Below, one piece after another: positions 1 to 10,400 of a DNA stretch of 64,000 bases. Below the pieces are notes generated by a model. It was given only the letters and a program-made list of their open reading frames with translations. It did no database searches and was not told the origin of the DNA. The stretch is taken from the NCBI GenBank assembly GCA_965279375.1, contig OZ257156.1:352001-416000 (forward strand), in the 5' to 3' direction. Origin of the DNA: Gemmatimonas sp. (lineage in GTDB: Bacteria > Gemmatimonadota > Gemmatimonadetes > Gemmatimonadales > Gemmatimonadaceae). How positions within the stretch are numbered: position 1 is the first letter of the stretch; the number at the start of each line of letters is the position of its first letter. Made by a program: the position numbers and the translations under genes.

Positions 1-83
1 CCGCTGGGGGCCGCGACACTCGTGCCGCATCCGGCGAGGATGACTATCGCTCCTCCGGCCACTACCCAAAATCCGCGACGCAC
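1..83 (-). CDS. Partial lipoprotein (N-terminus only, runs off the left edge)
   Basis: Not in ORF track. Manual translation from GTG at 83 gives MRRGFWVVAGGAIVILAGCGTSVAAPS (basic N-region, hydrophobic core, lipobox LAGC); starts 6 nt after the symporter stop. Confidence 0.6.
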   Translation of the reverse strand, partial: MRRGFWVVAGGAIVILAGCGTSVAAPS

Positions 84-89
84 GATCGG

Positions 90-2006
90 CTAGCTCCGCG
101 CTCTCGCGTCCTCGCGCGCCTGCGATTGCGTGCTGTCGGCCCAGAGCTGCTGTGTCACGCGCAGCAACACGAAGCCGCTCACGACCAGTACGCCGGTAAG
201 CATCCACGCCGTGTTCAGGCGCGACGGATCGCCCGAGGAGTACAGGAAATTTCCGATCGCGAACAACGACGACCAGATCACCACACAGCCTGAAATCCAA
301 CCCACGAACGCGGCGCCAACGCGATTCTCCTGCGACACCACGGCATCCGACACGCCGGCAGCGGCGCGCAGCTCCGTCCATCCCGGACCGGCCGGCTTCA
401 CCTTCTGCACAAATGCAATCAGCGTCGCACGATCGGTCTTGGGTCCCACGAACGCGGTGATGAGCCACGCGACGGTGGTAATACCCACCTGCACGATCGT
501 CGTCGTCGCGAAGTCAGCACCGGGCATCAGCTTGGGCACCAGCAAGGACGTGATCAGCGACATCACCATCGCGACGATCTCACACCACGCCGACACGCGC
601 CACCAGAACCAGCGCGCGATGTACAGCAGACCCGTACCGGCACCGATCGAGAGCAGCACCTGAAACGCTTGCTGCGCGGAGCTCATCGTGAGGCTGAGCA
701 GCGCGGCGATGACGTACAAGGCGATCGTCGACAGTCGTCCCGCATTCACGTAGTGCGCTTCGGTGCCGTCCTTCTTCACGAAGCGACGGTAGAAGTCGTG
801 CACGAGATACGACGAACCCCAATTGAGGTGGGTGAGAATCGTCGACGAATTCGCCGCCAGCAAACCGCCGATCATCAGCCCCACAAATCCAACGGGGAGG
901 AACTTGAGCATCGCGGGAAACGCCGAGTCGTGGCCGATCAGCGAGGCATCAGCATTCGGGAACGCCGCCTGAATCGATGCCAGGTCCGGATACACGATGA
1001 TCGAGCAGAGCGCCGTGATGATCCACGGCCACGGACGCAGCACGTAGTGCGCGATGTTGAAGAACAGCGTGCCGCCGAGCGAGTCTTTTTCCGACTTGGA
1101 GGCCAGCATGCGCTGTGCGATGTAGGAGCCACCGCCCGGCTCAGCGCCCGGGTACCAGTTGGCCCACCAGCTGATCGCGATAGGCAGAATGAATATCATC
1201 AGCGCCAGCTCCGACATGCTGAAATTCGGCAGCATGTCGAGAATGGGCTGCCCTGCCCCGTCCTTGGGTGACATCACCGGCTGCGCGTTGGCGGCCGTGC
1301 TCTGCACCACCTGCAACGTGGAGAGCTTGGCGACGAGCAGCTTGAGCCCAACCCAGCCACTCGGATCGCCCGCCAGACGCCGGCCCACTTCAACGAGCGA
1401 GAACCACGCCGCCGCAAACACGGCCGTCATCTTGATGAAGAACTGGATCATGTCGATGACGAGCACGCCCCACAGACCCGAGTGCGCCGCGAAGACCACG
1501 TTCAGCACGCCGCAAATGACGATGGTTTGCCACGGCGCCAAACCGAACAGGATGTTCGCGATCTTGCACGCCGCGAGCGTCACCATGCCCATGATGAAAC
1601 AGTTGAAAAACAGACCGAGGTAGACGGCGCGGAATCCGCGCACGACCGAGGCTTCAGTGCCGGAGTAGCGGAGCTCGTAGAACTCGAGATCGGTGAGCAC
1701 ACCCGATCGACGCCACAGTCGCGCGAAGAAGAACACCGTGGCCACGCCCGTCAACACGAAGGCCCACCACTGCCAATTGCCAGCCACCCCGTAGCGACGC
1801 ACCTGCTCGGTCACCCAGTTGGGCGTGTCGGACGAGAACGTCGTCGCCACCATCGAGAGGCCGGCGAGCCACCACGGCACCGAACGCCCGGACCCGAAGA
1901 ATTCCGCGGTGCTTGACCCTGAGCGCTTGGCGAGAAACAGCGCGGGAATAAAGCAGACCAGAATGGAGACAGCAGCGATGACCCAATCGATCCAGGAAAT
2001 GTTCAT
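90..2006 (-). CDS. Sodium:solute symporter (SSS) family protein
   Basis: Many TM helices; FFGSGRSVPWWLAGLSMVATTFSSDT and YIAQRML motifs typical of SSS. Start trimmed to MNISWIDW (ATG 2006). Confidence 0.9.
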   Translation of the reverse strand: MNISWIDWVIAAVSILVCFIPALFLAKRSGSSTAEFFGSGRSVPWWLAGLSMVATTFSSDTPNWVTEQVRRYGVAGNWQWWAFVLTGVATVFFFARLWRRSGVLTDLEFYELRYSGTEASVVRGFRAVYLGLFFNCFIMGMVTLAACKIANILFGLAPWQTIVICGVLNVVFAAHSGLWGVLVIDMIQFFIKMTAVFAAAWFSLVEVGRRLAGDPSGWVGLKLLVAKLSTLQVVQSTAANAQPVMSPKDGAGQPILDMLPNFSMSELALMIFILPIAISWWANWYPGAEPGGGSYIAQRMLASKSEKDSLGGTLFFNIAHYVLRPWPWIITALCSIIVYPDLASIQAAFPNADASLIGHDSAFPAMLKFLPVGFVGLMIGGLLAANSSTILTHLNWGSSYLVHDFYRRFVKKDGTEAHYVNAGRLSTIALYVIAALLSLTMSSAQQAFQVLLSIGAGTGLLYIARWFWWRVSAWCEIVAMVMSLITSLLVPKLMPGADFATTTIVQVGITTVAWLITAFVGPKTDRATLIAFVQKVKPAGPGWTELRAAAGVSDAVVSQENRVGAAFVGWISGCVVIWSSLFAIGNFLYSSGDPSRLNTAWMLTGVLVVSGFVLLRVTQQLWADSTQSQAREDARARS

Positions 2007-2171
2007 GGGCGGGGCGAGGGGGACGACTTGGGGGACGACGAAGCCTACGATACGGGGCGGAATGTGGGGGACGGCCCTGTGTGCTGCAACGCACAATTCC
2101 CACTAACTCAATCACGTCTCAGGACGCGTTGGAGCCTTTCGGCGGCACAGGATCGCACTCACATTCCATCC

Positions 2172-3356
2172 ATGGCCGAAGACGAGCTGGTCGCACGCGT
2201 TCGCGAGTCGGTGCGGGAGATGTACCGACTGGGCCGGGAGCTAGGCGGCGGGGGCATGTCGCGGATCTTCCGGGCGACGGACGTGCGCGTCGGCCCGGAG
2301 GACAGTCCGGCGGCCGATCAAGAAGTCGTCATCAAGGTGCTGCCCACAGACCTTGCCGCCGGCATTTCGCTGGCGCGGTTCCAGCGTGAGATCGCGGTCG
2401 CGGCACGCATGCAGCATCCCAACATCGTCCCCCTGCTCAGCAGCGGCGATGCCGGCGGCAACCCGTGGTTCGCCATGCCGTTCGTGCCGGGCGAATCGCT
2501 GCGGGAGCGGCTGACCAGCCGCGGCTCGCTGCCGCTCCCCGAAGCGATACGTGTGCTCCGTGACATGGCCAGCGCGCTCTCCTACGCGCACCGGCAGGGC
2601 GTGGTGCACCGCGACATCAAGCCGGAGAACGTCCTCTTTGCCGGCGATCGCGCCATGATCGCCGACTTCGGCGTGGCCAAGGCACTCCTGAGCGCCGAAG
2701 GACAGGGCGGCGCTCAATCGGGGCCGGCGCTCACCACGCGCCGCATCGCGTTGGGTACGCCCACCTACATGTCCCCCGAGCAGGCGTCCGGCGATCCGCG
2801 GGTGGGCACGCGCGCCGACATCTACGCGTGGGGGATCGTCGCCTACGAGCTGCTCGCCGGCCAGACCCCGTTCGATGGCCGGAGCCTGCACGGCCAGCTC
2901 CGCGCGCATGTCAAGGAAATACCGGTGTCCGTCTCAGTGCACCGCCCGAACGCTCCGGCCGCGCTGGTCGAGCTGGTCATGCGCTCGCTCACCAAGGCAC
3001 CGGCCGAACGGCCACAGTTGGCGGAGTCGCTGGTGGAAGCGCTCGACGCGATCAGCAACGCGAGCATCGTGCAGTCGCGCCAGACCGGCGAACATCCCAA
3101 AGCGTCCGACGCCCCGACACCGCATTTCCCCACCGGATTCGACACGGCCGTCACCGAGGAGATGCCGACGGCAGATACGCCGCCGCGACCGTCGGGAGAC
3201 GCCGCGCAGGGCGGCGCAGCACCTCTGACGCCCAACGCAGCGCAGGCAGCGGGTGCGCGCATCGCGCTCTCGCCGCGCTCCCATCTGCCCGCCGTCAGCC
3301 TATCGCTCGGCGCACTCGCCCTGCTCATCTTCTTCGCGACGATCGCGCGTCGCTGA
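2172..3356 (+). CDS. Hanks-type Ser/Thr protein kinase with C-terminal membrane anchor
   Basis: GGGGMS loop, VVIK, HRDIKPEN, DFG, GTPTYMSPEQ; hydrophobic C-terminal helix followed by RR. Start MAEDEL at 2172. Confidence 0.92.
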   Translation: MAEDELVARVRESVREMYRLGRELGGGGMSRIFRATDVRVGPEDSPAADQEVVIKVLPTDLAAGISLARFQREIAVAARMQHPNIVPLLSSGDAGGNPWFAMPFVPGESLRERLTSRGSLPLPEAIRVLRDMASALSYAHRQGVVHRDIKPENVLFAGDRAMIADFGVAKALLSAEGQGGAQSGPALTTRRIALGTPTYMSPEQASGDPRVGTRADIYAWGIVAYELLAGQTPFDGRSLHGQLRAHVKEIPVSVSVHRPNAPAALVELVMRSLTKAPAERPQLAESLVEALDAISNASIVQSRQTGEHPKASDAPTPHFPTGFDTAVTEEMPTADTPPRPSGDAAQGGAAPLTPNAAQAAGARIALSPRSHLPAVSLSLGALALLIFFATIARR

Positions 3357-3359
3357 CGT

Positions 3360-3398
3360 GTTCAGCTAAAGCGTTCGGCTAACAGGTTCAGCTGGCGC
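3360..3398. repeat. Degenerate 13-bp tandem repeat (3 units) between convergent genes
   Basis: gttcagctaaagc / gttcggctaacag / gttcagctggcgc. Confidence 0.55.
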
Positions 3399-3413
3399 GC
3401 CCCCGTACTCGGC

Positions 3414-4202
3414 TCAGGTGCCGCCGTACCAGTCGTAGCCATTGTCGGTCCAGTAGCCGCCGTTCTTCTGCGCCATGAACGCAACGCGCGTGAGGTACTT
3501 GGTGTTCTTGTAACCAAGCTTCACGGGCGAGTGCAATCGCGCCGGCGCACCGTACGCTGGCGATAGGAGTTGCCCGTCCTTCGCATACACGACGAGCGTT
3601 TGCGGGTGCAACACGCTGTCGATATCCCAGCTCTCGTGGTAGCCGTCGTCGAACGACTGAAAGTCCACCACCTCGGCGCCGGGCAGCACGCCGGCCAGTT
3701 TTGCGATGGCATGCATCGGCACGCCGCGGAAACGCGCAATCGCGTTCCATCCTTCCACGCAGAAGTGATCGACGCGCTGCTCGACGTGCGACATGGCCAT
3801 CAGTGCGGGAAGATCGAGACGGAGCGGCGTGCGTACCATGCCCGTCACCTCGAGCGCCCACTCACCGCGCGCGGCGATGTCCCACGTGGGCAGCTGGCGC
3901 GAGATGAAATACGACGGGAAGCGCGCACCGGCCACAATGCCACTCGCCGACGCATGATCCATCGACGTATGACGGAACAACCAGCGTTCGACGGCTTCGT
4001 TCTTCTCTCCAGCGAACTTGAGCACCCGTTGCGCGCTATCCGGCCCGTTGGATCCGCACGCGGCCAGCAGCGTCGACGCCAGAGAGGCGGCACCGAGACG
4101 AAGGAACGATCGCCGTGACGTGATGTGCTCTCGCGATTCGAGTGACGCCACGACGCGATCGATCGCCTGACGCGCCATCCGCATTTCTGTACGCGAGGGC
4201 AT
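3414..4202 (-). CDS. Molybdopterin-dependent oxidoreductase, sulfite oxidase family (MsrP/YedY-like), Tat lipoprotein
   Basis: SRRSFLRL twin-arginine motif plus LAAC lipobox; Mo-ligand HFCVEGW; YGAPARL...KLGYKNTKY; GGYW. ATG overlaps the upstream stop (TGATG). Confidence 0.88.
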   Translation of the reverse strand: MPSRTEMRMARQAIDRVVASLESREHITSRRSFLRLGAASLASTLLAACGSNGPDSAQRVLKFAGEKNEAVERWLFRHTSMDHASASGIVAGARFPSYFISRQLPTWDIAARGEWALEVTGMVRTPLRLDLPALMAMSHVEQRVDHFCVEGWNAIARFRGVPMHAIAKLAGVLPGAEVVDFQSFDDGYHESWDIDSVLHPQTLVVYAKDGQLLSPAYGAPARLHSPVKLGYKNTKYLTRVAFMAQKNGGYWTDNGYDWYGGT

Positions 4203-4948
4203 CAGGGCGTCTCCGTCGTGGTGGGCACGGTGGCCGGCGATGAGGTACGTGGCTTGGGGAACATGCCTTGAAACGGGCGTGCGTTGCGCGCGATCGGCGA
4301 GAAGCGCTCGCTGTGCCCACCCGTGATCATGCTGCGCAGACTGTACGGATCGACGCTGATGACCATGAAGACGTGAACGACGGAGAGCAGTACCAGCGAC
4401 AGCATGCCCATGAAGTGCCAGTAGCGCGCCCACACGTAGCCGCCAAAGATGCTCGTCAGCCAGCCGAGCGTGACTGGCTTCCAGATCGCGATTCCCGAGA
4501 GCACGATCACCGCGCCGATGAACGGCATGATGAAGTAGGCGCCTTTCTGCAAGGCGTTGTGCTTGCCGTGCGGAGGATGGTCTTTGCGCTGATACAAGTA
4601 GAACCGGATCATCTCCCAGCTATCGCGCACGTCGCCGCGTCGCGGTACGAGATCGCGCCACTCACCGTGCAGATAGATGAAGCTCACGTACACAAGCCCC
4701 GTCGCGACGAGTACCCACATCATCGCGAAGTGCCACTCGCGCGCGCTGCCGAGGAAGTTTCCGAAGGTGAGCCAGACGGGGGCTGGTGTGCCTTCGAAGG
4801 GATAGCAGCAGAACGTCTCGCCCTTGCGATGGAACGATGGATAGGCGTTGAAGATGCGCAGGCCGCTGCCCACCATCAGCGTCAACGCGACGGCGTTGAG
4901 CCAATGCGTCACGCGTACAACCCAGTGATGCCTTGCGTGTGCGGCCAC
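4202..4948 (-). CDS. Cytochrome b/b6 (Ni/Fe-hydrogenase-type cytochrome b) membrane partner
   Basis: VRVTHWLNA, WHFAMMW, KHNALQK, WHF...VVHV heme-ligand His pattern, 4 TM. GTG start 4948 follows an AGGAG RBS (ORF track start 4987). Confidence 0.85.
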   Translation of the reverse strand: MAAHARHHWVVRVTHWLNAVALTLMVGSGLRIFNAYPSFHRKGETFCCYPFEGTPAPVWLTFGNFLGSAREWHFAMMWVLVATGLVYVSFIYLHGEWRDLVPRRGDVRDSWEMIRFYLYQRKDHPPHGKHNALQKGAYFIMPFIGAVIVLSGIAIWKPVTLGWLTSIFGGYVWARYWHFMGMLSLVLLSVVHVFMVISVDPYSLRSMITGGHSERFSPIARNARPFQGMFPKPRTSSPATVPTTTETP

Positions 4949-4949
4949 G

Positions 4950-5240
4950 CTAACGCTCCTCCGTTGGCGAGTCGTACGAGGGCGCATCGATCAGCGCACG
5001 CACGCGCGCGCGTACCACATCTGATGCTACCGTGTTGGGGCGCGCGTTGTGCATGAGATCGAGAAAAGCGCGCTCGAAGGCGAAGTGCGATGCGCAGTTG
5101 CTGTGGCAGACGCGCAGATGCTCGTCCACTGCCTGCACATCCACCGCCGAGAGTTGGCGATCCAGGTAGTCCCAGAGGAGACGCACAGTCTGCTCGCAGT
5201 CCAGCACCGGCGTTTCAGGTGAAGCCGATGAAATGGTCAT
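4950..5240 (-). CDS. Zinc-binding anti-sigma factor (zf-HC2/RsrA-like, soluble)
   Basis: DCEQTVRLLWDYLD...HLRVCHSNC; overlaps the ECF sigma stop by 4 nt. Confidence 0.85.
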   Translation of the reverse strand: MTISSASPETPVLDCEQTVRLLWDYLDRQLSAVDVQAVDEHLRVCHSNCASHFAFERAFLDLMHNARPNTVASDVVRARVRALIDAPSYDSPTEER

Positions 5241-5872
5241 GCGTGGTCGCGTGGTGAGGTGGAAGGATGCGTCGTGAAGAAACCAAGGTCGCGGGCGTGC
5301 TCGCGCAAACGTTCCTGCAACTGCCGCCGCGCGCGGAATAGTCGAGAGCGGATCGTGCCGACCGGTACATCGAGCATCGACGCTGCCTCGTCGTAGCTGT
5401 AGCCTTCCATGTCCACGAGGACCACCACCAATCGCGCCGGCTCTGCCAGCTGTGCGAGCGCGGCGGTGATGGCATCCGATGTACTCAGCGCATCGAACAT
5501 CGACGCCTCGCCGCTCGCTACGATCGCATTGTGCAGGCGCACCGTGGCCAACGTTTCGTCCGTCGGGTCATCCGAGAGCGACTCGTGGCGCTGCTCTCGC
5601 TCGTACGAACGCAGGAATGCATTCTTGCAGATCGTGAAGAGCCAGCGTCGCATGTCCGAGCCGTCCTTCCAAGTATGCCGACTCTTGAACGCCCGTAGAT
5701 ACGTTTCCTGCACGAGGTCGTCCGCTTCGTCTGGTGCGCGCGTCAATGACTGCGCAAAGCGCGCCACGGCGTCGAGACAACGCATGGCGTCCTCTTCAAA
5801 CGTTGCGGCCGTTGCACCAGTCGGCATCTGCAGATCGGCGTCGTGCCCAGCGTTGTGCGCAGCGTTATGCAT
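5237..5872 (-). CDS. ECF sigma-70 factor (SigR/SigH-like)
   Basis: Region 2 ADDLVQETYLRA...WLFTICKN; region 4 EGYSYDEAASMLDVPVGTIRSRLFRAR. Confidence 0.92.
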   Translation of the reverse strand: MHNAAHNAGHDADLQMPTGATAATFEEDAMRCLDAVARFAQSLTRAPDEADDLVQETYLRAFKSRHTWKDGSDMRRWLFTICKNAFLRSYEREQRHESLSDDPTDETLATVRLHNAIVASGEASMFDALSTSDAITAALAQLAEPARLVVVLVDMEGYSYDEAASMLDVPVGTIRSRLFRARRQLQERLREHARDLGFFTTHPSTSPRDHA

Positions 5873-5883
5873 GGAGCGCGAGG

Positions 5884-6453
5884 TCAGTTGGACGAGCGTT
5901 TCCCGACGGGCATCGCCTTGCGGACGGCCGCATCGATGTCCTGCTCCGGACCTACGCCGGTGTAGACGACCGTTCCCTTGGCATCCACGACGACAACATA
6001 CGAGGTGTGCGTGGCCTTGTAGGCTTTGTAGATGGCGCCGTCGCGATCGAACCCGTACGTGCCGGTCATCTGCTGCTGCGTGACGAAGGCCTGCTGGCGC
6101 TCCGGAGTCTGGTTCTGTGGCACGCCCACGCCGATGAACGCGACGTCCTTGCCGTACTTCGCGCGGGCGGCCGCCATCGCCGGCTCAAGCTTCTTGCACA
6201 ACGGGCACCACGTCGCCCAGAACTCGATCACCATCGGCTTCCTGCCGATGATCGTCCCGAGATCCATCGAGGAACCATCGAGCATCTCCATGGTGACCAC
6301 CGGCGCCTTCGTGCCGAGGTCGAGCCCCGCTTCCTGCGCTGAGGCGGTCCTCGTGGTAACGGTGCTGACGGCCAGCGCGAGCACGGATGCAGCCGCGGTG
6401 AGAATCACTCGACGCATGCTGCGTTGAGCCAACGACGTATTTTGAAACGGCAT
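5884..6453 (-). CDS. Exported TlpA/ResA-type thiol-disulfide oxidoreductase
   Basis: FWATWCPLC thioredoxin motif; signal peptide ending TASAQ. Confidence 0.9.
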   Translation of the reverse strand: MPFQNTSLAQRSMRRVILTAAASVLALAVSTVTTRTASAQEAGLDLGTKAPVVTMEMLDGSSMDLGTIIGRKPMVIEFWATWCPLCKKLEPAMAAARAKYGKDVAFIGVGVPQNQTPERQQAFVTQQQMTGTYGFDRDGAIYKAYKATHTSYVVVVDAKGTVVYTGVGPEQDIDAAVRKAMPVGKRSSN

Positions 6454-6523
6454 GAGGAAGCGCTCTCGAAGGATGGTGAAAAGTGTTGTGCGAGTGTGTG
6501 CGGCGAACCCGTTCAGACCAGCA

Positions 6524-7273
6524 TCAGAACAGCACTTGTCCTGCGCCAACCAGGTAGTACTCGGCGGCACCAATCATCAGCACGGCGAAGACGCGCTTGA
6601 CGTGCACCATCCATGCGCCGGGGCGCGGCAGTTGCACGGCGCCGCCAGCGGCCAGCCCGACGACTACCAGCAGGGAGCACATGCCGAGCGAGAAGACGAA
6701 GAGGTAAGCGAAGCCGAGGACTGCGCTCTTGGTGGCAGCCACCCAGGTGAGCAGCGTGGCCATGACCGGCGCACCACACGGTGCCGCGACCAGCCCCGAG
6801 GCGGCTCCCATCCCGAAGGCACCCAGCAGTCGTCCTCCGCCGCCCATGCCCGCTGCGCGCGCGAGGAGTGCGTGCGGTATCGGTACCGGGAGCACGTCGA
6901 GCATCATGAGGGCGAAGAGCAACAGCAGGTTGCCCATGACGATCAGCAACCATGGGTTCGTGCTGACGCCGCCGAAAAGCGTTCCGGTGAGCCCGGCCAG
7001 CAACCCGAGCGATGCATAGGCCATCGCGAGCCCTGTCACGTATGACAGCGTCAATGCGAGCACCCGCCCACGTGATCGCGCGATCGGTGCAGCTCCGATG
7101 CCAGCCAGGCCGCCCGCCCCCTGCCCCGACTGCGAACCAACCACGGCCGCCGTGATCGGGATCATCGGATAGATGCAGGGTGTGAGGCTGGTGAGCACGC
7201 CACCCAGAAAGACCAGCGGCACCGCGCTCGCGGGGCTCTGGGACAGCAGCGTGGTGACGTTGGGGAGCAGCAT
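6524..7273 (-). CDS. ccdA: CcdA/DsbD transmembrane electron transporter
   Basis: SLTPCIYPMIP and AAPCGAP redox-Cys motifs, about 6 TM helices. Confidence 0.88.
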   Translation of the reverse strand: MLLPNVTTLLSQSPASAVPLVFLGGVLTSLTPCIYPMIPITAAVVGSQSGQGAGGLAGIGAAPIARSRGRVLALTLSYVTGLAMAYASLGLLAGLTGTLFGGVSTNPWLLIVMGNLLLLFALMMLDVLPVPIPHALLARAAGMGGGGRLLGAFGMGAASGLVAAPCGAPVMATLLTWVAATKSAVLGFAYLFVFSLGMCSLLVVVGLAAGGAVQLPRPGAWMVHVKRVFAVLMIGAAEYYLVGAGQVLF

Positions 7274-7315
7274 GAATGATGGTCTGGAGAGGGTCGTGGT
7301 CCCGTCTGGCGCACC

Positions 7316-7341
7316 TATTCAGCAGCCTCTCCGAAAGTTCC
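7316..7341 (-). promoter_or_regulatory. Candidate ECF-type promoter for the ccdA operon
   Basis: Minus strand GGAACTT-N14-GAATA about 40 nt upstream of the ccdA ATG; the -35 resembles ECF GGAAC boxes, the -10 is not verified. Confidence 0.3.
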
Positions 7342-7371
7342 GCCCTCTCTGAAACGAGGTGAAACGCCTCC

Positions 7372-7399
7372 GTGACAGCGTCGTTCGATGGCGTACATT
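7372..7399 (+). promoter_or_regulatory. Sigma70-like promoter, probably leaderless
   Basis: GTGACA-N16-TACATT with ATG 7406 six nt downstream. Confidence 0.5.
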
Positions 7400-7405
7400 C
7401 ACCCG

Positions 7406-10400
7406 ATGACCATTCGTCCAGCTTTCGATCGGCTGCGCCACTCAGTGGCGCTCACGATGTGCGCGGCTGTCCTGTGCGCGCAGGCGTCGTCCTCCCGTGT
7501 GGCGAGCGCGCAGGGCACCGCAGTGCGCGGTGAGATCCCACGCGACGCAGCCCGCGAACGCATGCTGATGCAGCAGGTCACGGCACCCGATGGCTTTCGC
7601 GCGACGCTGTTCGCCGCGCCTCCCGTGGCGATGTATCCGACGTGTCTCACCGCTGCACTCGCGCGCGTCGTGTTCGCGTGCGTGGACCCGAACCTCTCCC
7701 TGACAGCAGCCAAGGGGAAAGGGCGCGTCGTACGACTGGAAGACACCGACAGCGATGGTCACGCCGATCGCTATTCGGTATTTGCGACGATGGACAGTCC
7801 ACGCGGTCTCGCCTTCGACGGGCAGACGTTGTACGTAATGCATCCGCCGACCCTAACGGCGTATCGCGATACCACCGGCGATGGGATCGCGGACACCTCG
7901 GTGGATCTGGTGACCGGACTCGGATTCGATCTCGACTTTCGCGGCGCGGACCACACCACCAACGGCATCACGTTGGGCATCGACGGGTGGATCTACATCG
8001 CCGTGGGTGACTACGGGTATCGCCGAGCCGTTGGCAAGGACGGCACGACGATCGCGCATCGTGGCGGCGGGGTGGTGCGCGTACGCACGGACGGCTCGGG
8101 GCTCGAGCTCTATGCCAGCGGCACGCGCAACATCTACGATCTCGCGGTCGATCCGATGTTGCATGTGTTCACGCGCGACAACACCAACGACGGCGATGGC
8201 TGGGATATTCGGCTGCACTACCTGCCGGCGGGCGCGTTCATGGGCTATCCGACACAGTACAAGAACTTCTCGAGCGAGCACATGCAATCGCTCGCCGATT
8301 ACGGCGGCGGCGCGGGGACCGGTGGACTCTGGGTGCATGACGCGGGATTCCCGGGTGCATTCGGCAACGCGCTCTATACGGCCGACTGGCTGCTCAATCA
8401 GATCTTTCGTCATCCGCTCGCGCCGAGAGGCGCCAGCTTTGTCGCGGGCCAGGAAAAGTTTCTCTCGATACCGCATCCGGCCGACATGGTGATGGATGGC
8501 CAGTCCAACATGTACGTCGCGAGCCTCGCTGGCGGCGAGTACACGTATCAGGGCGACTCGGTGGGCTTCATCGTACGGGTACAGCCGGTTGGCGGCAGGC
8601 CAAGCGTTGCGGCGGACCTGGACACCGTGCCCACGCTCAGGCTCGTGCCGCTGCTTCGCACGCAGAACGCCGAGCATCGCCTGCAGGCGCAGCGCGAGTT
8701 GCTGCGCCGCAAGGATGCGCTGCGCGCGACCGCCTCGCTCAAGGCGATGATTCTGGGCGCGACTGCGCCCGACTTCGCGCGCGTCGCGGCGATGTTCACG
8801 CTCACGCAGCTCGTTGGCGCACAGTCGCGCACGGTGTTGACCGCAGCGGCCGTTGCTGCTGATGCGCAGGTGCGGGCCCTCGCGCTCCGTGCGCTCGCCG
8901 ACAAGATCGCAGCGGAAGGTGGACGCTCGCTCGGAGTCATGCTCAAGGGGCTGAAGGATCGCAACGCCCAAGTGCAGGTGGAAGCGATAGCCTCGCTGGT
9001 GCGATTGCGCGCCGTCGAGACCGCGTCGTCCATCGTGCTCTTGACCGCGAGCGATGATCCAACGGTTTCGCATATCGCGACGAATGCGCTGGTATCACTC
9101 AACGCCGTTGCGGCGTCACTCAAAGCGCTCGACGACAAGTCGCCGCGTGTGCGCGCAGGCGCACTGCGCGCGCTGTCACAGATGCACGACACCGCCGCTG
9201 TGCACGGGTTGATGCGTGCCGGTGTGAACGATCGCGCGGCGCCCGCACGCGATATCGTGCTCGCCCTGGCGCGCCTCTACCACACCGAGGCGCCATGGAG
9301 CGGAGACTGGTGGGGCACGAGACCGTCCTATATCGGTCCGTACTTCGCACCAGTAACGTGGGAGGCGAGCGGCGAGATCAGGACTGCACTCTCAATTGCG
9401 CTGCTCGCTGCAACGCCGACGGAGCTCCCAGCGCTAGCCGCGGAGTTCGTGCGCAACCGCGTGCTGCCGCAGGGCGCGGCACCACTACTCGCCGCCAGTG
9501 CGAACAACGCGAGTTTGCGAGGCACCGTCGTCTCTGCATTAGTCGGCTACGACAAGCTTCCCGCCAGCGCCATCGCCAGCGCCGCTCGTTGGGATAGCGC
9601 TGGTGTCGAGGCACACGCGGCTGTGGCGCAGCTATTGGCGGGCGAAACGGCTGTAGTGGATGGAGCGCTGCCGCTGATTCGCGAGTCGGCCGCGGACGCC
9701 GCCTTGGCGGAAGACGTGCGCGCCAAATTGATCGGCCTCATTGGCGCGTTGCCCGGTCGCGCCGGCCTCGACGCGGTCACGCCGCTTCTCGCTCGCACGA
9801 TCCCCGCAGCCACACCAACGGCGGGAGCTACGGCCGGCCCGCTCGAGGGCGCGTGGCGGCGCTTCGTTGGGGATCGACGTCGCTTGCAAGAGCTCGACTA
9901 CTTCATCGATCTCTCGCATGCGGCGACACCGGACGCGCGAACACTCGGATTCGCTGTGTTGCTGCAAGCCGTGCGCGGCAATCGCGCGCCAGCCGCCATC
10001 ACCGACAAGGTGCGCCCGGTCCTCGACGCGGCGTTCCGCAGCCGCGCATCGGGTGATGATCTTGCGCGCGCGGTTGCGGTGATGCGTCTCGAAAGCGCCT
10101 ACACCGCGCAACTCGCCGCGCGTCGTGCTGCGAGCGCTGCCCCAGCGCCTTCGTTGGACTGGGTGCAGCTCTTCAACGGCAAGAACCTCGCGCGCTGGAC
10201 GCCCAAGTTCACCGGTCAGCCACTCGGCGTGAATCTGCGCAACACCTTCCGCGTGGAAGACGGACTCCTCAAGGTGCGCTACGACCAGTGGCCCGACTTC
10301 AAGGGCGAGTTCGGCCACCTGTTCTATGATACGCCGTACTCGTACTACATCATCGCCGTGGAGTACCGCTTCGTCGGTGAGCAACCGCCCGGTGCAAGCG

